DNA from: Candidatus Latescibacterota bacterium
Lineage (GTDB): Bacteria > Latescibacterota > UBA2968 > UBA8231
Length of the DNA: 64,000 nt
Direction of reading: 5' to 3'
Assembly: GCA_965248355.1 (NCBI GenBank)
Contig: OZ252098.1
Location: 1,376,001 to 1,440,000 of the forward strand
Position numbers and translations under genes: made by a program. Each line of letters begins with the position of its first letter. Position 1 is the first letter of the stretch. The notes under the pieces were generated by a model that was not told the DNA's origin, did not search any database, and saw only the letters and a list, made by a program, of their open reading frames with translations. This document shows positions 10,557 to 19,506 of this stretch, one piece after another.

Positions 10557-12170
10557 TTGGCTGGCTCATCCGGCCGCCAGGCCGACCTCCTCCTGCGGGG
10601 CGGCACCGTCGTGGACGGCACGGGAGCGCCGCCGGTCACCGCCGACGTGGCCGTCGGCGGCGGACGCATCCTCGAGGTCGGTCCGGCCCTGGCGCTGACC
10701 GCCGCCGAGACGCTGGACGTCTCCGGCCTGCTCGTGACGCCCGGGTTCATCGACATCCACAGCCACTCCGACTTCACCCTGACCGTCGATCCGCGGGCGG
10801 TCAGCTCCATCGCCCAGGGGGTGACCCTGGAGGTGGTGGGCAACTGCGGCCACGGCTGCGCTCCCGTCGACGACCCGGAGGCCGTCAAGGGCAACGTCTA
10901 CGGCTACTCGGAGGAGCATCCCATCCGCTGGCGCACGGTGGCCGAGTACCTCGATGTGGTGGAGGCGGGAGAGCCGGCGGTCAACGTGCTGACCCTCGTG
11001 CCAAACGGCAACCTGCGCCTCGCCGCCGCCGCCGATCTCTCGCGTCCGAGCACCCCGACGGAGCTGGCTCGCATGGAGCGCCTCCTGGCGCAGGGCCTGG
11101 AGGAAGGCGCATTCGGGCTCTCCACCGGCCTGGAGTACGGGCCCGAGCGGGCCTGCTCCGAGGCGGAGGTGACCCGCCTGTGCCGGGTGACCGCCCGGGC
11201 CGGGGGCTTCTACGCCACCCACACCCGCAACCGCGCCGGCCAGCCCCTGGAGACCGTGGCCGAGGCGGTCCGCACGGCCGAGGCCTCCGGAGTGCCGCTG
11301 CAGGTCTCCCACATCTCTGTGGTGGCGCGGCTGGCCGCCGACGGGGGCCGGGCGGTGGCCGAGGCGGTCGAGCAGGTCGACGCGGCGCGGCGCCGGGGGG
11401 TGGACGCCGGCTTCGACATGCACACCCGGCTCTTCGGCACCACCAACCTGAGCGCCGTGCTGCCCCCCGAGGCCCTGGCCGGCAGCCGCCGGGAGATCGC
11501 CGCCCGGCTGTCCGGGGTCTCCGCCCGCCGGGAACTGAAGCGGTATCCGAGCATCGTCCACGCCTTGGCCAGGGACGACTGGAGCCGCATCCTGCTGGCC
11601 GAGTGCAGCGACCCGGAGCTGTGCCACCGGAGTGTCGCCGAGGTCGCCGAGGCCCGCGGCCTCGAGCCCCTGGACGCGGTCTACGACCTGCTTCTGAAGG
11701 AGATGGAGGATCTGCACCGGCCCATGATCCTGGCCTTCTGCTACCGCGAGGAGGAGATCCGCCCCGCCTTCGAGTACCCGGACTGCATGGTCGGCTCCGA
11801 CGCCACGGCCCTGGCCCCGGACGGTCCGCTGGCGGAGTCCGTCTTCCACGGCGCCTACACCTGGGCGGCCTGGTTCTACCGCCACTTCGTCACCGACCTG
11901 GGTCTGCTGCGGCCCGAGGAGGCGGTCCGGCGCCTCACCTCGCTGCCGGCGGAGCGCCTGGGGCTGTCCGACCGGGGGCGAATCCGCCCCGGGGCCTGGG
12001 CCGACCTGGCGGTGCTGGAGCCGAAGGGGTTCGCGGAAAGAGGCACGACCCGCGACCCGAACCGCACCGCCGCCGGGGTTCGCCACGTCCTGGTCAACGG
12101 CCGCCCGGCCCTGCGCGACGGCGCCCTCACCGGCGAGCGCGCGGGGCAGGTCCTGCGCCGGGCCGCCTGA
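10557..12170 (+). CDS. N-acyl-D-amino-acid deacylase (amidohydrolase)
   Basis: VVDGTG, PGFIDIHSHSD, QGVT..VVGNCG, STGLEY, GSDA, LTSLPAERLGL; TTG start after an AGGAG RBS. Confidence 0.9.
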   Translation: MAGSSGRQADLLLRGGTVVDGTGAPPVTADVAVGGGRILEVGPALALTAAETLDVSGLLVTPGFIDIHSHSDFTLTVDPRAVSSIAQGVTLEVVGNCGHGCAPVDDPEAVKGNVYGYSEEHPIRWRTVAEYLDVVEAGEPAVNVLTLVPNGNLRLAAAADLSRPSTPTELARMERLLAQGLEEGAFGLSTGLEYGPERACSEAEVTRLCRVTARAGGFYATHTRNRAGQPLETVAEAVRTAEASGVPLQVSHISVVARLAADGGRAVAEAVEQVDAARRRGVDAGFDMHTRLFGTTNLSAVLPPEALAGSRREIAARLSGVSARRELKRYPSIVHALARDDWSRILLAECSDPELCHRSVAEVAEARGLEPLDAVYDLLLKEMEDLHRPMILAFCYREEEIRPAFEYPDCMVGSDATALAPDGPLAESVFHGAYTWAAWFYRHFVTDLGLLRPEEAVRRLTSLPAERLGLSDRGRIRPGAWADLAVLEPKGFAERGTTRDPNRTAAGVRHVLVNGRPALRDGALTGERAGQVLRRAA

Positions 12171-12491
12171 GGAGGTCCGATGGTGACGTGGATTCGCGTT
12201 GGAGGACGACCTGCCGGCTCGGGTGAGGCGGTTGCAGGCGGGATGAGGCGAGGCGCCCTCGGCGACGCCATCGTCCGCTGGATTCGCACTGGACGACGGC
12301 TCCCCGTAGCCTGTAGAGTTGCCGTGACCGCGGCATGGAACGGCATAGAACAGGGACGGCCCATGCGGATCTTCAACCCGCCAGCGAATCGGCACGACGC
12401 TCATCTCGAGGTCATGAGACGTGGAAAAGCTAGTTGACCGGTCTCCGGACCGGCGCGGCGTGCGGCCCGGGGGGCGAGGCGTGAGGACGAG

Positions 12492-12817
12492 GTGACCAGC
12501 GGACGGATCATTCGGGATCGCATCTCGCGCACCGAACTGGCGAGCATGGCCGAGGAGCAGTTCGGGGACTGGATCAAGGCCGTGGTCGACGTGTCGCGCG
12601 AGGTCATGGCGGTCGGCGGGGATCTGCACGCGGACGACGAGGCGGCGCTCCTCGCGGATGGATCCGGCCAGCGGGATCTCTGGGGAATCACTGGATCGAG
12701 TTCGATTCGATGATCAACCTGCGCCCGAGCCAGGGCAACCGTTCGCTGGGTGTCGACGACGAGTCGATCCGGGCCCGAATCCGCGAGGTGGTCGAATCCC
12801 TGGTTCCACCGGAATGA
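12492..12817 (+). pseudogene. DUF5674-like protein, frameshifted by an internal deletion
   Basis: N-part KAVVDV...GGDLHADDEAALL..GS.Q.DLWGI. After about 12690 another frame reads WIEFDSMINLRPSQGNRSLGVDD..IR..IREVV to TGA 12817. The family's linker segment is missing. Confidence 0.75.
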
Positions 12818-13215
12818 AGGATGTCGCTGTGACCAGAGTCCTGCACAGGAACGCCGCGGAGGGCTGGGCGCGACTGGAGCTCGTGGAGCAGCTCGGAAAC
12901 GTGGGCAGCGAGGTGGAGCGCGCGATCCGGGCTCGCGAGGCCGGCCGGCCTGACCGCTTCGAGAGCGCGCTCGAGCGGGCCCTGGAGCTGTTCGATCTGA
13001 CCGCCGGCGACCCCCGCTGGCGGGGTCACCGGTGCCAGGAAATCCTGCGCGCACGCGAGCAGTTCTGCCGTCTCTTCTTCGATCCCGACGTGCCGCCCGA
13101 CTCGGCCCGCGGGCTCAGGCGGTACTTCCTCGGATTCGCCTGGGCCGCCCGAGCGCTTCATCATCGCCGACAGGCCGGGGATTACCAGGTCGAACGGCAC
13201 GCTGGCCCCGGGTAG
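12814..13215 (+). CDS. Conserved helical hypothetical protein coupled to the DUF5674-like gene
   Basis: ATGA overlap at 12814; W..L.L.EQLGNVGSEVERA...ERALELFDLT..DP pattern. Confidence 0.65.
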   Translation: MKDVAVTRVLHRNAAEGWARLELVEQLGNVGSEVERAIRAREAGRPDRFESALERALELFDLTAGDPRWRGHRCQEILRAREQFCRLFFDPDVPPDSARGLRRYFLGFAWAARALHHRRQAGDYQVERHAGPG

Positions 13216-13242
13216 ACAACCAGTAGTCCAGGTGCGATGGAC

Positions 13243-13412
13243 TAACCGCAGCAGAGGGAGCTTGCGCGTACGAACAGGTCCTCGGACGCACCAGCCGGTA
13301 GTAAGCCCCGCTGGCCAGCGGCCGGCCCTGACCGTCGCGGGCGTCCCAGCGCAGGCGGTGAAAGCCCGCCTTCTTCGCCCCTTGGTGCAGCACGGCCACC
13401 TGCTGGCCGACC
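13243..13412 (-). pseudogene. Remnant of a FlgD-Ig/T9SS-A-like C-terminal domain
   Basis: GQQVAVL..G...AGFHRLRWDARDGQGRPLASGAY and a frameshifted VRTRKLPLLR tail; no N-terminal part. Confidence 0.7.
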
Positions 13413-13479
13413 GGGAGCTGGACCGGCGGCGGCGGCCTGGGCCACGCCGCGGCCTCGCACCGTCTGAGGAGGTCCAACC

Positions 13480-14964
13480 GTGACGGGAATCCGCATCGAC
13501 CGAGGAGTGGCCAAGGCCGCCGCCGTGACCCTGGCCGCGGCCGGGTTCTACCGCCTTCTCCAGCAACTCATCACCGTTCCCGGCCTGGACCTGTCGGTCC
13601 TGGCCGAGTGGTTCCCGGGCTCGGGCGCTCCCCCGGGGCTGCCCGAAGGCGGGTCTGTGCAACTCGCGGCGCTGTGGATTCCTCACGCCGTGTCGGGGAC
13701 GGCGGCCATCGGCACCTACGTCAGCGCCTCGGTCCTCGTCCTCCTCCTGAGCGGCGTCCTCCCCTTCCTGCGGCGCCTGCGGGAGTCGGGTGTCTCGAAT
13801 CAGGCCGGCTTCCAGCGGGTCATCGCCGCGGCGACGGCCCTCCTGGCGGCGGCCCACGGACTCGGGACGGCCCTCTACCTGGAGGGGATCTCCGGCCCGG
13901 TGTCCGGACTCCCCGCGGTTTCTGCCCCCGGATGGGCCTTCCGCGCGGGAACGGTGCTGACCCTGTCGGCCGCCGCCCTGCTGATCCTGTGGCTGGCCCG
14001 GCAGGTCACGGCCCGCGGTCTCGGCAACGGCGTCGTCGTGCTGCTGGCGGCCGACATACTCGGCCGGTGGTACTCGGCGGCGCCGGCCCAGTGGCGGGCC
14101 TGGTCAGGGGCCGGCGATCCCCTCCACCAGGGACTCCGGGCGGCCCTGTTCCTCCTGGCCCTGCTCGTGCTGGCGGTGATCCTGCTAAAGGCGCGGCGCC
14201 TCATGCCCCTGGAACGGGCCACGGGCGCCGCCGGGGCAGAGACCGGAGCGGCTCCGGCCCTGCCCCTGCGGATCAATCCCGCCGGGGCCTTGCCCGTGGT
14301 GGTAGCCCAGGTGTGGCTCGATCCGTCCCTGGTTGCCGCCATCGCCACCTGCCTTCTCGTGGCGCTGGCCGCCCACCTGTACGCGGTCGAGGTCTTCCAT
14401 CCGCGCGATGCCGTCGAGCGCCTGGGACGGCTCGGGTTCCGCCTCGCCGCAGCCGCCTCCCCGGAGGACGCCGTCCGCCGTCTGCGCGACACTCAGCACC
14501 GTGTCATGGTGCCCGGCACTCTCGGACTCTGCGTGCTGGCGCTGGCGCCATGGATCGCCGCCAGCGGACTGGACCTGCGCCCGGACTGGAGCCTCATGTG
14601 CGGTCTCGACGCGCTGGTCCTCGCCGCCGTGGGCCTGCACCTGCGGCAGCAGGTCCGGAGCAGGAGATCCCTCGCCGGCCGCGAGGTTGCGCCGGTGATG
14701 GCCGCCGAGACCCGGTTCGAGCTAGACCTCGCCGCCGACGTCCTGCGCCGCGCCGGCATCGACAGCCGGATCCGCGACGACCGGGTGATCGCCGCCACCG
14801 GCACCCTCGCCCTCTGGGAGGCGAGCCGGCCGCGGTGGCCGAGCCTGACGGTGTACCCGCATCTCGGCGGCGGTCAGGCCCAGCTGCTGCTGGACGCGGC
14901 CGAGGTAGAGGCCGCCGAGGGAGTGCTGCGGGAGGGCGGCCTGGCCGGGTCAGGCGCCGGCTGA
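13480..14964 (+). CDS. Divergent SecY-like membrane protein with a C-terminal DUF2007-like domain
   Basis: ITVPGLD, IGTYVSASVLVLLL..V.PFL..L..SG, WLARQVTARGLGNG, LPLRINPAGALPV, FHPRDAVE.L. The tail DLAADVLRRAGI...L.LDAAEVEAAEGVL resembles DUF2007. Confidence 0.75.
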   Translation: MTGIRIDRGVAKAAAVTLAAAGFYRLLQQLITVPGLDLSVLAEWFPGSGAPPGLPEGGSVQLAALWIPHAVSGTAAIGTYVSASVLVLLLSGVLPFLRRLRESGVSNQAGFQRVIAAATALLAAAHGLGTALYLEGISGPVSGLPAVSAPGWAFRAGTVLTLSAAALLILWLARQVTARGLGNGVVVLLAADILGRWYSAAPAQWRAWSGAGDPLHQGLRAALFLLALLVLAVILLKARRLMPLERATGAAGAETGAAPALPLRINPAGALPVVVAQVWLDPSLVAAIATCLLVALAAHLYAVEVFHPRDAVERLGRLGFRLAAAASPEDAVRRLRDTQHRVMVPGTLGLCVLALAPWIAASGLDLRPDWSLMCGLDALVLAAVGLHLRQQVRSRRSLAGREVAPVMAAETRFELDLAADVLRRAGIDSRIRDDRVIAATGTLALWEASRPRWPSLTVYPHLGGGQAQLLLDAAEVEAAEGVLREGGLAGSGAG

Positions 14965-14996
14965 GGCGGCCGCACTCGCGGGGAGTGGGCCTCTCG

Positions 14997-15383
14997 TCAC
15001 CAGTGCCGATTCACACCGTACCGGTCGAAAGCCCTGTCGATCGACACGATCACCAGATCGCGCGACAGGGCCTGGGCGATGAGCATCCGGTCGAAGGGGT
15101 CGCGATGTGGTCCGGGCAGGCGTCCGGCTCGTTCGGCATCGGCAACGCTGATGGTCAGTTCCTCGAAACCCTGGCTGGCGACGGCGCCGGCGATATCGAG
15201 CGCCACGGCTCCGCTTGCCTCCAGTCTTCCGAGTCGGAACTTGGTGGCGATCTCCCAGGCAGACGCGGCGCTGACAAGGATTTCGTTCGATTCGTCCGCG
15301 ATCGTGCGGCGCGCGGGGACCGACAACCGCTCGCTGTCGGCGAGCCACCACAGCAACGCATGGGTGTCCAGCAGCGCCCGCAC
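14997..15383 (-). CDS. vapC: VapC PIN-domain toxin
   Basis: LLDTHALLWW, SAASAWEIATK, HRDPFDRMLIAQA. Confidence 0.93.
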   Translation of the reverse strand: MRALLDTHALLWWLADSERLSVPARRTIADESNEILVSAASAWEIATKFRLGRLEASGAVALDIAGAVASQGFEELTISVADAERAGRLPGPHRDPFDRMLIAQALSRDLVIVSIDRAFDRYGVNRHW

Positions 15384-15385
15384 TG

Positions 15386-15619
15386 CTACCCGGCTTCCCA
15401 GACCTTCAGTTCGTCCTCCGGCAGCGGGTCGAGAAAACTGTCGGGAACGACGATCTGGCCCTTGAGGACATCGGGCTGCCGCTTGCCTGGGTGCTTGCAG
15501 CGGACGAGCCGTGCGACGGGCTCGCCCCGGCGGGCGATCACGACCTCCTCGCCGGTCTCGACTTGCGCCAGCAGCCGCGAGAGTTGGGTCTTGGCTTGAT
15601 GGACATTGACGACAACCAT
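15386..15619 (-). CDS. Phd/YefM-family antitoxin
   Basis: VNVHQAKTQLSRLL..VE.GEEVVIARRGEPVARLV; ATG at 15619, directly upstream of vapC. Confidence 0.92.
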   Translation of the reverse strand: MVVVNVHQAKTQLSRLLAQVETGEEVVIARRGEPVARLVRCKHPGKRQPDVLKGQIVVPDSFLDPLPEDELKVWEAG

Positions 15620-15640
15620 GGCTCTCCGCCTTCTTGAAGT

Positions 15641-15668
15641 GATCTTAGCTAAATAGATAGCTAAGATC
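15641..15668. promoter_or_regulatory. Palindromic operator of the TA operon
   Basis: Perfect 11-bp inverted repeat GATCTTAGCTA-N6-TAGCTAAGATC in an AT-rich patch about 20 bp upstream of the antitoxin start. Confidence 0.75.
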
Positions 15669-15813
15669 GGGGAAGTCAAGGCAAGACCGCGTACCGAGCA
15701 GCAATCCCCATGCTCCGCCATCACCCGGACGGCATCGCCGGGAACGGGGATTGGCCCGCTCTGCCCGATGGCCTATGATGGACGACGCCCCACCCCTCGA
15801 TCCTCCACCACGG

Positions 15814-16848
15814 ATGCTGATGTCCAGAGTGAGACTCGCCCTCGTGGGCTGCGGGGGCATGTCCCGGGCGCACCTGCGCCGGTTCCACGTGCTCTCCGAC
15901 CGCCTGGAGCTGGCCGCCGCCGTCGACGTCGATGCCGGCAAGGCCGCCGCCGTGGCCGAGCTGATGCCCGGGGTGCGCGCGGCCTCCGACTACCGCGAGG
16001 TCCTCGACGACGTCGATGCCGTCCTCCTCGTGCTCCCCCACCACGAGCACCACCCGGTGGGGCTCGCGTGCCTGCAGGCCGGCAAGCACGTCCTGCTGGA
16101 GAAGCCCATGGCCATCACCGAGGCCGCCTGCCTGGAGCTGATCGACGCCGGCCGCGCCGCCGGGCGGGTGCTGATGATCGCCTACTGCATGCGCTTTCAC
16201 CCCCTCGTGTCGGGCATGAAGCAGCTCATCGACGACGGCGCCGCGGGCGACATCTTCCAGGTCTCGATCTGGACCGAGCAGCTCACCCGCTACCACGAGG
16301 GGCACTGGGCCCTGAAGGCGGCCACCCTCGGCGGCGGCCAGTTCTTCAGCCACGGCTGCCACTACGTCGACATCCTGCTGTGGTACCTGGGGCGGCCGGT
16401 GCGCGGCGTGCATCTGGGCACCAACCGCGGCACCCCCTGGATGGAGCGTGAGGGCACCAGCAACGCCGTCTTCGAGTTCGAGGGCGGCCGCCTGGGCTAC
16501 CACTTCGGCACCTGGGGCGCCCGCGGCACGCGCTTGGGCTACGCCTTCCACGCCCACGGCACCGAAGGCATGATCGAGGCCGACATCCGGGGCGGCGAGC
16601 TGCGACTGCTCAGAGACGGGCAGACGGAGGTCGTGGGCCGCCACGAGACGGGCAAGCACACGGAGAACGAGATGGCCCATTTCCTCGACTGCATCGAGAG
16701 CGGCCGGGAGCCGCTCACCGGGGGGCCGGCGAGCCTGCAGAGCCTGCGGGCGATCTGGCGCATGTACGAGGCCGAGGCCGCCGGCGGCATGGCCGACCTG
16801 AGGGGCCTGGGCCTGGACCAGGTCGACGAGCGCGGGAGGCTGAGGTGA
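15814..16848 (+). CDS. Gfo/Idh/MocA oxidoreductase
   Basis: LVGCGGM, GKHVLLEKPMA, GGG...SHGCHYVD. Start at 15814 or 15820. Confidence 0.9.
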   Translation: MLMSRVRLALVGCGGMSRAHLRRFHVLSDRLELAAAVDVDAGKAAAVAELMPGVRAASDYREVLDDVDAVLLVLPHHEHHPVGLACLQAGKHVLLEKPMAITEAACLELIDAGRAAGRVLMIAYCMRFHPLVSGMKQLIDDGAAGDIFQVSIWTEQLTRYHEGHWALKAATLGGGQFFSHGCHYVDILLWYLGRPVRGVHLGTNRGTPWMEREGTSNAVFEFEGGRLGYHFGTWGARGTRLGYAFHAHGTEGMIEADIRGGELRLLRDGQTEVVGRHETGKHTENEMAHFLDCIESGREPLTGGPASLQSLRAIWRMYEAEAAGGMADLRGLGLDQVDERGRLR

Positions 16849-18119
16849 GAGTCGGGGTCTCCCGCCTCGACATCACCCCCCGGGAGCCGGTGTGGCTCAC
16901 CGGGTACGCGAACCGCGATCACCGCTCGGAGGGCTCCTACGCGCCGCTCTTCGCCGGCGCCCTCTACCTGGAGGGGGACGGGGACCGCGCCCTGGTGCTG
17001 ACCGCCGACGTCATCGGCTTCTCGCCGCCCTGCGACGCCGAGGCCCGGCAGGCGGTCTGCGACGCCACCGGCCTGCTGCCGCGGCAGGTGGTGCTCACCG
17101 CCACCCACACCCACTGCGGGCCCTTCTTCTCGCCCTGGAACATGCCCGGCGAGGTCGAGGCCGGGTACGCGGACTGGCTGATCGAGCGCCTCCAGGAGGC
17201 CGCGGTCACCGCCATCGGCGCCGCCGTCGAGGGGCGGGTCGAGTTCTCCCGGGGGCGCTCGGCCTTCGGCGTGAACCGGCGCCTTCCCGATGGCCGCGGC
17301 GGCGTCAGCTTCGCGCCGAATCCCGAGGGACCGATCGACCGCGACCTGGACACCCTGTGGTTCCGCAACGCCGGGGGCGAGCTGCTCGCATCGCTCACCG
17401 TGTACGGGTGCCACCCCACCAGCATCGGCGGCTACCTCGTGGGCCCGGACTATCCCGGCTTCCTCTGCCGCCACCTGGGGGCCCGCACCGAGGCCCCAGC
17501 CCTCTTCGCAACGGGATGCGCCGGCGACGTGCGGCCCTGGTTCGGCCGCGGCGACCACGACGGCTTCGCGCGTCCCACGCTGAAGGAGCTGGAGGCGGCC
17601 GGGGCGGGCATGGCGGCGGAGGTCCTGGAGACACTCGCCGCGGCCGAGGCTGTCGCCGCCGACGGCCTGCGCATCGATCACATGTACCACCGGCTTCCCT
17701 ACGCAGGGCTCCCCTCGATCGGGCGCCTCCAGGAGGCGGCGGACAGCCGCGACGACCACTGGCGCCGATGGGGCGAGATGATGCTGCCGCGCGCGAGGGC
17801 CGGCGGGCTCGCCGACGCCTGCGTCCACGAGATCCAGATGCTGCAGCTGAACCCGGACTTCCGGGTCGTCTTCCTCGGCGGCGAGGTGCTCTCCGAGATC
17901 GGCCTGCACATCAAGAAGGCCCTCGCCCCCGCCACGACAATGACGGTGGCCTACGCCAACGGCCTGATCGCCTACGTGCCCGGCGCCGCCGCCGTCCCCC
18001 TCGGGGGCTACGAGGTGGACGGATCGTTCCACTACTTCATGAGGCCCGCCCCCTTCACCGCCGACTGCGAGAGGCTCCTCGTCGAGGGGACCGCCTCCCT
18101 GGCCGCCAGCCTGGGTTGA
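16845..18119 (+). CDS. Neutral/alkaline ceramidase-like metallo-amidohydrolase
   Basis: DITP, ATHTHCGP, GVNRR, YGCHPT, DYPG, GCAGD, YANG...Y.P. Confidence 0.8.
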   Translation: MRVGVSRLDITPREPVWLTGYANRDHRSEGSYAPLFAGALYLEGDGDRALVLTADVIGFSPPCDAEARQAVCDATGLLPRQVVLTATHTHCGPFFSPWNMPGEVEAGYADWLIERLQEAAVTAIGAAVEGRVEFSRGRSAFGVNRRLPDGRGGVSFAPNPEGPIDRDLDTLWFRNAGGELLASLTVYGCHPTSIGGYLVGPDYPGFLCRHLGARTEAPALFATGCAGDVRPWFGRGDHDGFARPTLKELEAAGAGMAAEVLETLAAAEAVAADGLRIDHMYHRLPYAGLPSIGRLQEAADSRDDHWRRWGEMMLPRARAGGLADACVHEIQMLQLNPDFRVVFLGGEVLSEIGLHIKKALAPATTMTVAYANGLIAYVPGAAAVPLGGYEVDGSFHYFMRPAPFTADCERLLVEGTASLAASLG

Positions 18120-18122
18120 GAG

Positions 18123-19031
18123 ATGCCATACGATCCGGAGAACCGCACCTTCGACTGCGACCCCACCCTGAACGACTCCCAGGTCCTCGAGTTCTGCCGC
18201 GAGGGCTACCTGATGCTCCCCGGCGCCGTCCCCGACGAGATCAACGAGCGCGCCTGCCGCTACCTGAACGGGGAGATCCCCGTCGATCCGTCGTGGATGC
18301 CGGAGGGCCTGACCATCGAGGAGCTCGAGCGCATGCGCGGCACCCACGAGCCGAGCGGGATCCTGCTCGAGGACTGGTTCGTCGAGCACGTGCTGCTGAA
18401 CCCCGCCCTGGCCGGGGCCATGCGCTCCCTCCTCGGCGCCCACGTCGGCCTGCCGGTCCTCGTCAGCAACCACAGGGTCGAGTGTCCCGGCGAGGCTCAA
18501 CGCTGGCACCACGACGCCGACCGGGTCTTCGGCCCCGAGCTGGAGTTCGCCGAGGTCTTCTACTTCCCCCAGGACACGCCGCCCGAGCTGGGGCCCACCG
18601 AGATCGCCCCGCGCACCCACATCTCCCGCAGCGACGGCGACTTCACCGGCGAGGGCGTCCTCGCCGGGGGGCCCGCCGGCACCCTGGGCATCCACCACCA
18701 GAGCATCCTGCACCGCCGCGGCGCCTCCACAGCCACGGGGCTGCGCCACATGCTCAAGTACAACTACTGGCGCACCTCGCCCCCCTGCCGCGACTGGATC
18801 GACGACCCGGAGTTCGACCCGCGCACCGCCACGTACGGCGGCCACGCCCACTGCCAGTACGTGGCCCACATGTTCTGGTGGCTCCAAGGCAAGGGGGACG
18901 AGTACCGCATCATCGGGGGCCAGGGCTGGCCCTTCCGCACCCCGAACCAGATCGGCCCGTCCTACGGGTACGGACGGCCCGAGGGATACCAGCCCGACTG
19001 GCGCCGGAACCCGGACGGGTACTCGCGCTGA
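18123..19031 (+). CDS. Phytanoyl-CoA dioxygenase (PhyH) family protein
   Basis: L.D.QV.EF.REGY, WHHD, YFPQD...GPT...P.TH, ILHR. Confidence 0.8.
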   Translation: MPYDPENRTFDCDPTLNDSQVLEFCREGYLMLPGAVPDEINERACRYLNGEIPVDPSWMPEGLTIEELERMRGTHEPSGILLEDWFVEHVLLNPALAGAMRSLLGAHVGLPVLVSNHRVECPGEAQRWHHDADRVFGPELEFAEVFYFPQDTPPELGPTEIAPRTHISRSDGDFTGEGVLAGGPAGTLGIHHQSILHRRGASTATGLRHMLKYNYWRTSPPCRDWIDDPEFDPRTATYGGHAHCQYVAHMFWWLQGKGDEYRIIGGQGWPFRTPNQIGPSYGYGRPEGYQPDWRRNPDGYSR

Positions 19032-19105
19032 GGCCAGGGTAGCCGGGGGCCCTTTGCGGGCAGCCGAGTCCCCGTGGGTCTCGTCAGCCCGGGGTGCCCG
19101 ACCTC

Positions 19106-19345
19106 CTACCGAATCAGGCCGAGCTTTCCGACCCGGACCTGCTTGCCGGCGACGAGGCGGTAGAGGTACAGCCCCGAAGCGAGGGGCGGCCGGCTTCGTC
19201 GGTGCCGGACCAGACGCGGGTGTGAAGCCGGGCGTCAGGATCTCGCCGCGACCAGTTCGGTGACCCGCTGACCCGCGGTGTTGTGAATGGCCAGAGTCAC
19301 CGGCGCGGCCTCCGGCAACTGGAAGCGCAAGGTGGTTTCGGAGTT
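19106..19345 (-). pseudogene. Second remnant of a FlgD-Ig/T9SS-A-like C-terminal domain
   Basis: NSETTLRFQLPEAAPVTLAIHNTAGQRVTELV, then with frameshifts RVWSGTDEAGRP.ASGLYLYRLVAG...KLGLIR*. Confidence 0.75.
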
Positions 19346-19506
19346 TCTTCGCTACCCTCGAAACCGACTTGCCGGACCGTCATGAGCTACTATCGAAAGG
19401 TGTGGAAAAAGAGAAAAGGCGACCCTACCCTTCCTAATTAGCAGCACACCACGAACGGCCCGGGTGACGCCGGGCCTGGAAGGAGAGAGTCGCCGTGAAG
19501 GAATCT

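Noticed and set aside
12180..12437. 85-aa ORF and a short imperfect repeat (TGGATTCGC..TGGA.GACG)
   Set aside because: No recognisable motif and only two short copies; insufficient support.
13480..14964. Housekeeping secY
   Set aside because: Too degenerate, carries an extra C-terminal domain and lacks ribosomal-operon context; no gene symbol assigned.
1640..19042. Many long antisense or alternate-frame ORFs (e.g. 4907..6595, 6592..8403, 10566..12629, 16539..18887)
   Set aside because: They are shadows of well-supported genes, with low-complexity Arg/Pro/Gly/Ala translations and no motifs.
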